IMG/VR virus record: IMGVR_UViG_3300012964_000010
Coordinates: 63,321 to 127,320 of that record
DNA from: a virus
Reading direction: 5' to 3' (one strand)
Length of the DNA stretch: 64,000 nucleotides
Part shown: positions 41,712 to 51,838 of the stretch, in pieces
Layout of the letters: each line of letters opens with the position of its first letter
Numbering within the stretch: position 1 is the stretch's first letter
Notes under the pieces: model-generated
Databases searched by the model: none
The model's input: the letters and a program-made list of their open reading frames with translations, nothing else
What the model was told of the DNA's origin: nothing
Position numbers and translations under genes: made by a program

Positions 41712-42545
41712 TATAATTCGGAGGATTGAGACTACATCCTTCACGTTAGAACTTTGGAGATTATAGTAAACCTTGCGAGTTCACCTTCTTCCGATATCCA
41801 CATAAACCCTTAGCGGTATCTATGTATCCTAACAACATCGCCGTTTTAAGTCAGGCGGTAGACTTGACATGATGTTCTACTCTGTGTTTTCTTTCCCGTC
41901 TGCCTTGCGAGCAGTTCACAGTCGCTAAACCGTTCCGAAACGTCTTTCACAAACTAATGTTGCCTTGCGAGCTTCATTAGACTTAGTTACCTTGCGGCCT
42001 AAGTATTAGATGTCTTTCAAACATCACCGAAGTAGTCTTTGCGTTTAGTTCATATAACAAAAATGAGTGTCTTCCGACAATCTACTGTGATGTGCTACTT
42101 CAGTTGCTGAATATCTTGTTAGATACCCAATACAACACACCACGTACCGTTCACCTGCCGGTTAATAAGTCGTCTTTCACGATCAATGTCATTTTGAGTG
42201 CCACTAACCATTCATACTGCATATAAGCCCTTGCCTGCGAAAACTCGGACAAATACACTACCCTTTCTCATACTATCTGACAAGTTGGTTTGTTGTGAGG
42301 TCAGCACCACCTGTTACTCTTTGTTAACTGGCGTTCCCCTTACGGGCGTCTAAGTTAACATTCTTTCCACAACACTTGCTTCAATATTACCTCACCCGGT
42401 GTTATCAGATAAGGATGCCTTTCGGCACTGAGCAGGCTTGCATAGGTGAACCATTTAACTGGCGCTGGTATGTAGACATTCCAGCTTTGGGTGTATTGCT
42501 ACACTTATTCTAAAGAGACTATGCTCCCAAGTCTTTATACAAATA
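41712..42545 (-). ncRNA. large structured RNA, GOLLD-like candidate
   Basis: ~830 nt without a credible ORF; repeated GCAA/GAAA tetraloop hairpins; located inside a phage tRNA cluster. Confidence 0.6.
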
Positions 42546-42649
42546 CATTCTTTGCATTTGTATAAAGACTTGCTTTATACGTTAGTTAATTGCTTAACAT
42601 GTATCTATTGTAGTATAAACATACTGCAACGTCAACCTGGTTTAGACGA

Positions 42650-43558
42650 TTATTTCTTCAAGAATTGCAACTTGTTAGCCCAATACATTGTCCATTTCTT
42701 GTATGTTGCATTTGTATGCTCCATATCAAGATTTGCAGGAATACATAGATCACTGGCGTATGCACCGGGCAAACCTTGCGAAGAATTTGCTGCTTTTCTT
42801 AAGATATTATGCAACTCTTCAATTATGGTAGGATCAATATCGGATCTTGCAACTATTTGGTAATTACTAACTAAATTTTCAAATCCCGAAATACCAGCAC
42901 TATTAAAAGAACTAAAGTATGAATGATTTCCACTACCACTGGATCCAATTGCATTCAATTTGCCATCTACAATATATTGTTGTAAAAATGCAGGAAGATC
43001 GACATTAAGGTCAAGATTGCCTCCAATAACATCAAGTGTTGGTTGCAATGTGCCTTGATAACCAATAAAAATTAATTCAGTATTAGGCAGGGCAAGTTGA
43101 AGTTGGCGAGCAAGCGCTTCTGTTAGACTACCCTGGATCATACCGATGCTAAGTCGTTTCTGTTTCCTGAGGTCATTAATTGTTTTATATTTGGCGCTGG
43201 TAATAATATATGGTTGACCGGTACACTCGATTAAAACAGGACGGAAGTCCTCAACCCGATAACTTTGGTCGGGATAAAACTGTGGACGGACAAAAAAACT
43301 ACTTGAACTACTTAATAATGCAATACCTTTGTAGTTTGATACATAATTTGCTGCTATTGTGCCGCCGGCACCGGGCTTATTTTCAAAGATAAAATTATAT
43401 TTGTCTTGTTGAATATTAGCTTCTGCAATAATCAACCTAATAAAATTAGCCTGTTGACTTCCGATTGCAAATGGCCATACAATGGGTACAGTTTGTTTTT
43501 CAGTAGCAAAAACTGAAAAAGAAATCATAGCAAGTAACATAATAATTATTTTTTTCAT
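42650..43558 (-). CDS. Bug/TctC family solute-binding protein
   Basis: ENKPGAGGTIA, YQG...TLDVIGG.LD and DGKL.AIG motifs. Confidence 0.8.
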   Translation of the reverse strand: MKKIIIMLLAMISFSVFATEKQTVPIVWPFAIGSQQANFIRLIIAEANIQQDKYNFIFENKPGAGGTIAANYVSNYKGIALLSSSSSFFVRPQFYPDQSYRVEDFRPVLIECTGQPYIITSAKYKTINDLRKQKRLSIGMIQGSLTEALARQLQLALPNTELIFIGYQGTLQPTLDVIGGNLDLNVDLPAFLQQYIVDGKLNAIGSSGSGNHSYFSSFNSAGISGFENLVSNYQIVARSDIDPTIIEELHNILRKAANSSQGLPGAYASDLCIPANLDMEHTNATYKKWTMYWANKLQFLKK

Positions 43559-43644
43559 ACATCCCTATTAATAAAATAAAAGGTGCGGAAAAATCGCACC
43601 TTTTATTTAGTGATATATAAGTATGATACAACAAATATTGATAC

Positions 43645-44340
43645 TTAATGTAATTCAGACATCGGAATATGTTGTTTGATACAACGAAGATCCCACAATA
43701 TTTCAATAAATTGCTCTGCGAGTCTTGCTGCCTTCATTTGTGCATCCTCATCTATTACTAGTTGTTCTAGAGAATGACGACCAAGACTCGCATGAAATTT
43801 TTCATCTGCAGCAATCTCGGCGTACTTTGTTCGGATTAATTCGTTTGGCGCGCACTCTGCTTGCATTAACCAATTTCTGTGCGCCATTCCTTCGGCGATA
43901 TATTGATATACTGCTAGCGCAATCGGATCATCTGCGCATTCAAATCGTTCTAGTAGTTCTGCAGGACGAATAGTTTCGGTGTTAGCATCACTTAATTGTT
44001 TCTGACGAATTTTTTCTAAAGTTGCTTCAACATCAAGTTCATGTCCTAACATATCTTCAACAATTTCCTTAACATACATGAAGTGTTTAGCTTCGTCGAA
44101 TGCTTGTTTACTTAGAAGAAACATTTCTTTTGCTGAGGTATTGACAGATAATGCCCCAACTCGCTTGCTAATCTGAACACAATTCATACGTTCGTTGATC
44201 ATACGACGAGAGAAATATTCAATCATATCTTCTTTAGATGGTTTAGATTCGAAATATGATTTCACACTCCTCTCATGAAATTGATAAAGTGGTTCACAAT
44301 CCTGTGCTAATTTTTCTGTAAATTGTTTCGGTGTTAACAT
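43645..44340 (-). CDS. ferritin-like di-iron protein
   Basis: Two ExxH motifs (DEAKH, DEKFH) in a helical protein. Confidence 0.7.
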   Translation of the reverse strand: MLTPKQFTEKLAQDCEPLYQFHERSVKSYFESKPSKEDMIEYFSRRMINERMNCVQISKRVGALSVNTSAKEMFLLSKQAFDEAKHFMYVKEIVEDMLGHELDVEATLEKIRQKQLSDANTETIRPAELLERFECADDPIALAVYQYIAEGMAHRNWLMQAECAPNELIRTKYAEIAADEKFHASLGRHSLEQLVIDEDAQMKAARLAEQFIEILWDLRCIKQHIPMSELH

Positions 44341-44351
44341 ATTAGTTCTCC

Positions 44352-45317
44352 TTAGAATTTCTTACCATTTGAAAGGCTGCTAAGTAACCCAGGACTAAAA
44401 TATGTATTATACTTGTTGTACAAACCTCTGGTAGCAAGTTCAAAACGACTACGCTCTTTGGTAGACATTTTAATTGTAGGTATACCTTCTGCTGCTGCTT
44501 TTGTTTGAATAATTGTATTATCAGCTAGACTATCTTCTCTCTCGATTTTAGCAGCACGCATGGCTGCGGCGGCGAAGATTTTTTGCACGTCTTCACCAAG
44601 TTTCTCCCAACACTGTTTATTAATAACTAAGCTAGTCAAGAATAGACTATGCTCGTTGTCGTTAATATAGTTGGTATGTTTATTTTGTTCAAGAATAAAA
44701 TAGCGAGTATAAGTAGTTTCACCGCCATCTATCTCATTAAATTCGAGCTTTGATGTAAGATCTTCGATAAAAGTAGGAATTGGTGTAGCTCCGACAACAG
44801 CAAAGGTATCCATAGAGACTGGATTCTTGCCACAACCGATGTTCAATTGATAAAAATCTTCCAATTTTTCAATTGCGTGTTTACTCGGGACAATACGAAA
44901 ACCGCCACTATATGTGAATGTTAACCCGCGAATATTACTGTGATCGGCAACCTTGGCTAACATTTTCTGACCAATTTCCCCATCAATTACCTTTTGTGCA
45001 ATGTCATGATCATTAAAAAGGAAAGGCATTGACAATGCAAACATATCCTTATCGATATTACCGAGTGTATTAGCATACACAGTGGCCATGTCAATCGTAC
45101 CGTTATTGATTAAATTAATAATCTTTTCACGATCTGTGGTTAGATTGGTTAGATTTTGATCTGCTAATCTATTCCATTCTTTTAAATCAATAACATTTAT
45201 CTTATAACGACCATTTGTTTCAGCAAATATTTCATCAGAGAAACTCTGCGCCGCTTTAATAAAAACATGATAAGGCTCGTGTGCTAATACCCAATTCAAT
45301 GTAGTACATTGTGACAT
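44352..45317 (-). CDS. TRAP transporter solute-binding protein (DctP family)
   Basis: ETNGR..I, G.IDMA, L.MPFLF, GFR and IDGGE motifs. Confidence 0.8.
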   Translation of the reverse strand: MSQCTTLNWVLAHEPYHVFIKAAQSFSDEIFAETNGRYKINVIDLKEWNRLADQNLTNLTTDREKIINLINNGTIDMATVYANTLGNIDKDMFALSMPFLFNDHDIAQKVIDGEIGQKMLAKVADHSNIRGLTFTYSGGFRIVPSKHAIEKLEDFYQLNIGCGKNPVSMDTFAVVGATPIPTFIEDLTSKLEFNEIDGGETTYTRYFILEQNKHTNYINDNEHSLFLTSLVINKQCWEKLGEDVQKIFAAAAMRAAKIEREDSLADNTIIQTKAAAEGIPTIKMSTKERSRFELATRGLYNKYNTYFSPGLLSSLSNGKKF

Positions 45318-45399
45318 AATAAATCCCTAGATAAACTGTTATATGTTATTTATCACTGCCAATAAATTAACAGATAATCAAGAGAAGATATTATATCAG

Positions 45400-45843
45400 T
45401 TATTGAGATAGCAATTCTTTAGCACACCTAGAAGCAACTGCACCGTCGTATAATCCTTCGAAGCGAAACTTAAATTCTTTCAACAGCAGCCCCATTGCCT
45501 TAGGGCCAGTAAGATTAAGTTCGCTAATCAATTCAGTGAGTTTAAGTTTAATATCATCTTCACTGAGCTGAACCGGAATAAACTTATTAAGAATATTATT
45601 TTCTTCATTTAATGTAGAAATTGTCTCACCGTCAGTTACCTGGGCGAGTGTAAGGTTGTTGTTGTTCAGAAATTTCTTAACTACTGCAATAGTCTCCGCA
45701 TCAGTTGTATCGCGTCCTGCATTCTTGCCAATCATTGTTGCTTCAGACAACAATGTTGTAAGGAGTGAGGATGCTTTGGCATTTCGCGCCTTGCGTGCTT
45801 CAATTGAAGCAGCTTTAATTTTTGCTAAGAGAATCATATTCAC
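45400..45843 (-). CDS. GatB/YqeY domain protein
   Basis: ARKAR, IL.KFIP.QLSED and KAMG...K...G.YDG motifs. Confidence 0.85.
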   Translation of the reverse strand: MNMILLAKIKAASIEARKARNAKASSLLTTLLSEATMIGKNAGRDTTDAETIAVVKKFLNNNNLTLAQVTDGETISTLNEENNILNKFIPVQLSEDDIKLKLTELISELNLTGPKAMGLLLKEFKFRFEGLYDGAVASRCAKELLSQ

Positions 45844-45864
45844 CTTTCAATCTAACATTATATT

Positions 45865-45954
45865 TGGAGGAAGATGTGGGATTCGAACCCACGGACCGTT
45901 TTAATGATCGTCACTTTAGCAAAGTGATGCAATAAACCTCTCTACCAATCTTCC
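45865..45954 (-). tRNA. tRNA-Ser(GCT)
   Basis: TCACT-TTGCTAA-AGTGA, long variable arm. Confidence 0.9.
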
Positions 45955-45959
45955 ATATC

Positions 45960-46036
45960 TGGCAACCCCTGTCGGACTCGAACCGACGTCTTTATGGCTC
46001 AGAACCATACCGCTCTTCCTGTTAAGCTACGAGGCA
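45960..46036 (-). tRNA. tRNA-Gln(CTG)
   Basis: TATGG-TTCTGAG-CCATA. Confidence 0.8.
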
Positions 46037-46039
46037 ATA

Positions 46040-46477
46040 TTATTTCTTTACTGCAATCATGAGCACTACACAACCAGATTCGTTGTCTTCGAGTTCCATT
46101 GAGTGTATCTTTTCATGATTGAATTCATATACATGATTTAATTCTACAATTGCTGTTTCGTCTTCTGCTGTAATTTGCGAATCACCATCTGGCAGTATGA
46201 CCGGAATAACAAAGGTTCTTGGTTCAAAGACTGCTTGATCCAACAGATCTATGTGTGGCTCAGCACCTTTGCATACACTGAAATATACAAAATCTAACTT
46301 CGATTTATCAACACCTGCAATCTTACCAACACTTTCTAATACAGCATCGTTGGATGCTCTGTGTGTTTGAAACTTTTTAGGTGTGTTTGTCTTGTAATTC
46401 TCAAACTTTATACATTCTGCATTATCTACAATAGATTGTGGAATACAGATATCTCCGTGATTAATAATCTTATTCAT
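46040..46477 (-). CDS. 2OG-Fe(II) oxygenase-like protein
   Basis: PHID...distal HS facial-triad pattern. Confidence 0.45.
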   Translation of the reverse strand: MNKIINHGDICIPQSIVDNAECIKFENYKTNTPKKFQTHRASNDAVLESVGKIAGVDKSKLDFVYFSVCKGAEPHIDLLDQAVFEPRTFVIPVILPDGDSQITAEDETAIVELNHVYEFNHEKIHSMELEDNESGCVVLMIAVKK

Positions 46478-46499
46478 TAAGTTTCCCGAGTTTCTCTAA

Positions 46500-46594
46500 T
46501 GGCGCCGCAGACTGGACTTCGTACCAGTATCTCAGAGTGAACCACTAAGCATTTTTAGATTTATCAACCTATGCATATGTTAAACTACCGCAGC
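46500..46594 (-). pseudogene. degenerate tRNA-like element
   Basis: Acceptor GCTGCGG/CTGCGGC plus GCCA, distorted T arm, no normal anticodon arm. Confidence 0.5.
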
Positions 46595-46600
46595 AAAAAA

Positions 46601-46671
46601 TGGCAACCCTGGTTGGAATCGAACCAACTCTCCAAGTTTCAAAGACTTGTCCCTCTCCAAGAGTCAGGGCA
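46601..46671 (-). tRNA. tRNA-Gln(TTG), reduced D arm
   Basis: CAAGT-CTTTGAA-ACTTG. Confidence 0.7.
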
Positions 46672-46677
46672 ATATTC

Positions 46678-46752
46678 TGGGATCGCTAATGGGATTCGAG
46701 CCCATCTTTCCATCTTGAGAGGATGGCGTCCTAACCAATAGACGATAGCGAT
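46678..46752 (-). tRNA. tRNA-Glu(CTC)
   Basis: CCATC-CTCTCAA-GATGG. Confidence 0.82.
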
Positions 46753-46825
46753 ATTGTATAGTGGCCCACCGTCCTATCTTTTCGTTCGGTCTAATGTTAT
46801 ACATTTCGATAACAAAAGGCATATA

Positions 46826-46903
46826 TGGTGCCACTGGTCAGACTCGAACTGACAACACACAACTTTTCAGGCTGCTGCTCTACGCGATTGGAGCTACAGT
46901 GGC
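46826..46903 (-). tRNA. tRNA-Phe(GAA)
   Basis: Loop CTGAAAA. Confidence 0.9.
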
Positions 46904-46910
46904 ATTTTAT

Positions 46911-46983
46911 TGGACCCCCATAAAGGACTCGAACCTTTGCAAGCTGGTTTCGAAGACCGGCCGCCAAATCCATTGGATGGGAG
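46911..46983 (-). tRNA. tRNA-Arg(TCG), reduced D arm
   Basis: Loop CTTCGAA. Confidence 0.75.
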
Positions 46984-46990
46984 ATTAAAT

Positions 46991-47066
46991 TGGTCGCGTA
47001 GACTGGATTCGAACCAGTGTATTCATCCTTATGAGGGAGGCGCTCTAGCCACTCTGCCACTACGCG
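46991..47066 (-). tRNA. tRNA with CAT anticodon (Ile2 or Met)
   Basis: Loop CTCATAA. Confidence 0.82.
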
Positions 47067-47073
47067 ATACTAT

Positions 47074-47130
47074 TCAGACTACGCTTTTTTCACTATAAGT
47101 AAATTTTTAAATTTGCCGAATGTAGTCTTT
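47074..47130 (-). ncRNA. Y-RNA-like element (copy 7)
   Basis: AGACTAC/GTAGTCT stem, TTCGGCAA motif, hairpin TTTA-CTTATAG-TGAA. Confidence 0.7.
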
Positions 47131-47138
47131 AGAATTAT

Positions 47139-48209
47139 TTACTTGAACTGCTGAAATATATTATTAATTTCATCTAAACTTTTATCTTCCCATCCCACAA
47201 GTTCTCGAACTAATGTTCGGTCATCTATATGACTAAACATTTCTTTTAATATTTGTGCCTGTATAATAGAATGACTACAAAGATAATCGTCGATGCTTCC
47301 TGTATCTTTCCAATTACGAAAAGATTCAAACCATTGAAGATTTTGTTGTGCTTGAACGTAATTAGGATGATAATTCTTCACATACGATGTATCATAATTA
47401 TCACTAATGTCGCTATTATACAATATGTGGTTTAATATGTCAATGAAATAATCAGTAACCACATCATAGCACGATAATTCAAACACTTTTGATCTCACAT
47501 CAAGTGTGGCTAACTTTTCTAAATGAGGATATGTTATAGAATTTACTTCATGTGGTTGTAATCTTCCACGTTCCTTATACCACGACACTTCTTTGTCGAT
47601 TAACGCTTCTAACACAGAAAAATCCATTGGGTGGCCGCGATGAAATAATGTTGGTGTCTTAACAGCAAAATTTCTAAAACCTAATGTATTACAATTGAAC
47701 GGGTCGTGCCCTGTAATTCCTGAATTTTTAAATCTGATGGACAAATAAGTCGGCCATTTAGTGGTGCAATTTATTTCTCCATAGGCTTTGATTATTGAAT
47801 CATTATTATCATGAATGTTAATGATAACACCATCGGGATCGTAACGAAGTATCATGCTGGCGGCGAACTCTGTGTCACCCTTTTCTCGATTACTAACATC
47901 TCCTGCCACATTAATTATATAAATTCTATAATCAGTTGGTCTATTTGCTAACACCCATGTCAGGTGTTGAAAAATAGTCTGATGAGTGGGAATCCTTACA
48001 TGTCCATGTGACGTGCCTATACCACCAAACTGGCGAGAATCGATGTTATTCAACGGATTTAACGTAGTTATACGCGATTGGTCTATGTCAGATGCACTAA
48101 TTGCCCAGTTCACATAAGATCCACTAAATCCTGCAGGATACAATAGATAAACATTTCGCTTTAGCATGTAATATGCATCTCCATATAAGAAAAGTTTTTG
48201 AGGATCCAT
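47139..48209 (-). CDS. hypothetical protein
   Basis: 356-aa ORF; YPAGFSGSY P-loop-like start. Confidence 0.5.
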   Translation of the reverse strand: MDPQKLFLYGDAYYMLKRNVYLLYPAGFSGSYVNWAISASDIDQSRITTLNPLNNIDSRQFGGIGTSHGHVRIPTHQTIFQHLTWVLANRPTDYRIYIINVAGDVSNREKGDTEFAASMILRYDPDGVIINIHDNNDSIIKAYGEINCTTKWPTYLSIRFKNSGITGHDPFNCNTLGFRNFAVKTPTLFHRGHPMDFSVLEALIDKEVSWYKERGRLQPHEVNSITYPHLEKLATLDVRSKVFELSCYDVVTDYFIDILNHILYNSDISDNYDTSYVKNYHPNYVQAQQNLQWFESFRNWKDTGSIDDYLCSHSIIQAQILKEMFSHIDDRTLVRELVGWEDKSLDEINNIFQQFK

Positions 48210-48343
48210 CTCTGGATTTGTCTCGAATGGGCGAGTTTTAACAAACTATACTTCACGGTCAAACTAAGGATGGTTCACCATCATCCGTTACTTAGGACTC
48301 AAGCCCACCGTCTACCTCAAAATCGGTAAGAAATCAATCCGTA

Positions 48344-49209
48344 TTATGACAATCCTGTTATATCAATCCCGTGTGTTTCCCACCACCACTCACTGGGCTG
48401 ATTATTGTGTTTCTTTGAAAGTTGATTATACTTTTTCTGTTGCTTAAGAAATCTATCTTTCTCTTTATCAAAGAGTTCATTATTCCAGTAACCATTTTCA
48501 ACAATTATTTTTCGTATGAGTCGACGCAGTATGTATCCCTGTTTGGTCGGTCCGGGAAGTATTCCTTCGTTGACCAAACATTCCAATACAAACCGAATCT
48601 TATCATGATTAGTCATTGGATATATTTCAGAAACAAACTGTTCTATTCTCTCTAATCCGAATCCAACATCTAAACATGTACCAAACGGATTTACTATATT
48701 ACCAATCTCCACGTCCTTGTAATAGAATTCAGTGCAATAACTTTCGTTTGTGCCATCACTCCATATACACTCTGTATCCGGTCGAACTTCAACCTTATAC
48801 ATATCATAATAACCTATCCACTCTGTCATCTTATCTGGATGAATTGTTACATAATCAGGTGTTATTCCCAGTTTATTCAGGAATTCATAGAAAAATTGAA
48901 TTCCGTCCTTCAATTGCCAGTGTCTAAATGAAAATAGTCCAATCATATGGAAGCCCAAATGATGCCCATCTAATTCATCAAGGTCATGCAACCTAACACA
49001 GCGTTGCACATCAACTAAAGTGATATTTGAGCAACCCGTATCAGAAAACTTCTGTTTATGTTTTTGCATTCCAGATGTGGTCAACAATGTTGTCGAGTCT
49101 GGCGGCAAAATACTGGAAATAAATTCTACATTTAGTCCATAATCTATACAGTGTTGAACATAGATTTGATATGTAAGTGTATCTTTTACATTGCGTTTAG
49201 CGGTGACAT
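48344..49209 (-). CDS. alaS: alanyl-tRNA synthetase catalytic domain only; start codon out of frame
   Basis: TTLLTTSGMQ, VQRCVR..DLD, FHMIG.FSF, CTEF, VEIGNIV, LDVGFGLERI, GYILRRLIR motifs; RBS-linked ATG at 49209 needs a -1 shift (or TTG start at 49108). Confidence 0.8.
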
Positions 49210-49255
49210 AGCATCCTCCGTAGATTAAAAAGAAATTAAAAACTAATTATAAATT

Positions 49256-49342
49256 TGGAGGAGAATAATGGGATCGAACCATCACCTATTACTAAGTGGA
49301 CCAACTTTCCAAGTTGGTTAGTGCCCAGCACATCTACTCTCC
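49256..49342 (-). tRNA. tRNA-Ser(GGA) with 8/4 acceptor/T-stem fold
   Basis: Acceptor GGAGAGTA/TATTCTCC, T stem ATGG/CCAT, loop TTGGAAA. Confidence 0.8.
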
Positions 49343-49418
49343 ATATTGGCCACCGACCATTGTTTCACATTATATAATACAGATGTATTAGAGATTATAT
49401 GGTTCAGTGTTAAATTAT

Positions 49419-49477
49419 TCAGAATGCTTATTTTTCAATTAAAAGTTGAATTTTTAAGGTTGCAGAACGCATTCTTT
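49419..49477 (-). ncRNA. Y-RNA-like element (copy 8) with Lys(TTT) anticodon hairpin
   Basis: AGAATGC/GCATTCT stem, TTCTGCAA motif, TTCAA-CTTTTAA-TTGAA. Confidence 0.75.
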
Positions 49478-49559
49478 AGAAACTAAGTATTCTAGCCGAG
49501 ACTCATTATGTGTTAAACCAACCATGTTATAGAGGGTTGAGGTCTGGGTGCATACTTTA

Positions 49560-49634
49560 TGGAGCGGGTAACGAGAATCGAACTCGTAACTTAACTTTGG
49601 CAAAGTCATGTGTTACCACTAGCACCATACCCGC
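49560..49634 (-). tRNA. tRNA-Gly(GCC)
   Basis: Loop TTGCCAA. Confidence 0.9.
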
Positions 49635-49972
49635 ATTATCTTAATCTAATTCTGATAATTTATTTATTTCATCAAAACTTTTTTCTTGCAGTGTTTTTTC
49701 CCCAAAATATTTTCTTGGGTTACCGCACATCCAACAACTACATGGAGTAGGTGTATCAATGATCATTTTAGTACAAGAATTCTTTTCAAAGAACAAATCT
49801 TGTCCCCAGTAATATCGCCTTTTTGTTCTCAGGCGTTCACGTTGTGCTATTCTTTCGTCTCTGGTTTTCATTATAGAACTCCTTGTCGACAAAGCTATTT
49901 ATACTATGGCGAGTCTCTGCGGTGGGCGAAACTTCGTTTAATGCAACATACCCAACTGATTGCACCATAAAC

Positions 49973-50062
49973 TGGAGGAGAACAAGCGAATCGAACGCTC
50001 ACCTATTCATCATAAGTGGCCCGGATTTCGAATCCAGTTAGTGCCCAGCACATCTGCTCTCC
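49973..50062 (-). tRNA. tRNA-Ser(CGA) with 8/4 fold
   Basis: Acceptor GGAGAGCA/TGTTCTCC, T stem AGCG/CGCT, loop TTCGAAA. Confidence 0.8.
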
Positions 50063-50125
50063 ATTCTATATTTGATGGACTGCTTTGCCATTATAGTAGC
50101 AGCCAACTATGGCATCATCAAATTT

Positions 50126-50203
50126 TGGTACCCGGATAGAGAATCGAACTCTACATTTGTCCACTTGTAGGGAGGATGGCTTCACCAGCTGCACTCTCCG
50201 GGC
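50126..50203 (-). tRNA. tRNA-Val(TAC), irregular anticodon arm
   Basis: Loop CCTACAA, intact acceptor and T arms. Confidence 0.6.
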
Positions 50204-50209
50204 ATATTT

Positions 50210-50416
50210 TTATCTTACAAACATTTTCTTTAGATAATCTCGACCAATTTTGCCTTCTTCGATTTCTCGTAGTGCGGTAACGCTAGACCCGTTATCACAT
50301 GTAACCTTAGGTTCATAACCCTTCTTTAATTCTCTTGCACGTTGCGCGGCAATCAATACAAGATCAAATCTGTTCCCAACTGCTTCAGCAGCCTTTTGCG
50401 ATGTAATACGAGCCAT
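50210..50416 (-). CDS. rpoZ: RNA polymerase omega subunit
   Basis: MARITS, NRFDLVLIAAQRAREL and VTALREIEEGKI motifs. Confidence 0.92.
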   Translation of the reverse strand: MARITSQKAAEAVGNRFDLVLIAAQRARELKKGYEPKVTCDNGSSVTALREIEEGKIGRDYLKKMFVR

Positions 50417-50435
50417 ATTATCCTTCTATGTATTG

Positions 50436-50590
50436 TGGTGTCAGTGGCCGGAATCGAACCAGCAAACACAGGTTTTCATGTTGTGCCCATTACCACGCCA
50501 GTTTATACCGAGATTATCTTTTCCAGGTGCAAAAACTCTCAAGTAGTCACTATGCTTCAATGCGTCCCGACCGTCGCCGGGTTTACTGAC
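50436..50590 (-). ncRNA. tRNA-like RNA with ~80-nt insertion
   Basis: Acceptor GTCAGT/ACTGAC plus ACCA, T arm GCTGG-TTCGATT-CCGGC; 155 nt. Confidence 0.6.
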
Positions 50591-50981
50591 ATGAATATAT
50601 TATATACTAAAATAGTTTTGTGGTCAAATATTTTAAGATACAGTTTTGGTAATTGTAATACCATTTGCAGCACAATACTGGTCTCGTGCTGCAAAATAAT
50701 TCGGTTCTGTATTTGCAAGTTCGGCCATAAAATCAGATCTATGTGCCTGATCGACGTGTGTTATAACTACCCTTAGTGTTAAACCATCGGAAGATATTGC
50801 AGACGATACAGAATCTACACTTCTGGTAGAACGGTATAATTCACTAATTTTTTCTGCTATTACAGGAAATGCTTCAGCGAAGAATTTTATACTGGTGTTT
50901 GGTCTAACAAAGGTTGTAATAATTGTAATCATAATAGTTTTCCGTTATCTTCTTATATTTACCATTCCTATAACAGATAAT

Positions 50982-51059
50982 TGGTACCCACGGTCGGATT
51001 CGAACCGACACTGTACAGTTTCTAAAACTGCTGTCTCCTACCTATTGCACTACGTGGGC
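50982..51059 (-). tRNA. tRNA-Leu(TAG), short variable arm
   Basis: Loop TTTAGAA. Confidence 0.85.
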
Positions 51060-51174
51060 ATATTAAATAACCTTGCAACAATAACAAGTCTTAGAACAGG
51101 AGTTATTTCGCTCTGGGACCATTAATCCTTTTCTTTTCGGTAGTCCAAGAACCATATTATTACAAGGTTAAAAA

Positions 51175-51252
51175 TGGACGCTGAGATCAGATTTGAACTG
51201 ATGAATTTACTGTTTTGCAGACAGTTCCGTTGGACCTCTCCGGCACTCAGCG
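51175..51252 (-). tRNA. tRNA-Cys(GCA)
   Basis: ACTGT-CTGCAAA-ACAGT, U73. Confidence 0.88.
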
Positions 51253-51336
51253 ATATTAGATCGCGACGCTGCCCTTTAGGGACAGTATTAGGCAATTTAC
51301 CTTCGGACACCAGGTATACTCCGCGTCGCCATATAT

Positions 51337-51410
51337 TGGGGTGAAAGGGGGAATCGAACCCTCGCTTCTTGTTTCACAGACAAGCTTGCTACCACTACAC
51401 TACTAACACC
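51337..51410 (-). tRNA. tRNA-His(GTG)
   Basis: CTTGT-CTGTGAA-ACAAG, G-1:C73. Confidence 0.82.
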
Positions 51411-51434
51411 ATAATCAAAACTTTAGAAAATAAA

Positions 51435-51581
51435 TCAGAATTCACGTTTCTTACTCTGCTCTACCAACTGAGCTATCTTCCCTTTAAACACATTCTATGA
51501 ATGTGCTTAGTGGGAAGAGGTGGAGTTGAACCACCGACACGAGGCTTTTCATGCTAGAAAATTTTGCTGGAGGAATTCTTT
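51435..51581 (-). ncRNA. YrlA-like Y RNA (copy 9) with full permuted tRNA domain
   Basis: AGAATTC/GAATTCT stem, CTCCAGCAA motif; T arm GGTGG-TTCAACT-CCACC, closed acceptor TCTTCCC/GGGAAGA, D arm TAGCTCAGTTGGTAGAGCA. Confidence 0.82.
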
Positions 51582-51587
51582 AAAAAC

Positions 51588-51665
51588 TGGTACCCACGGT
51601 CGGATTCGAACCGACACTGTACAGATTTTGAGTCTGCTGTCTCCTACCTATTGCACTACGTGGGC
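51588..51665 (-). tRNA. tRNA-Leu(CAA), short variable arm
   Basis: Loop CTCAAAA; body identical to 50982-51059 outside the anticodon arm. Confidence 0.85.
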
Positions 51666-51838
51666 TTGAATATTATAGAGGGTCGCTGAATCGAACATTT
51701 CTTCACTGCGGAACCAGTGTGTGCTTCCATTACACCAGATGCGATTACATATAATTCTGATTAGTGATTGCAGGATTCGAACCCGATCTCCGAGCTGGAT
51801 TACCCCGGTATGCTTTCCGTTGCACTACAATATAAAAT

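Noticed and set aside
51676-51832. Two further tRNA-like stretches
   Set aside because: Only partial arms, no intact acceptor or CCA; probably decayed remnants
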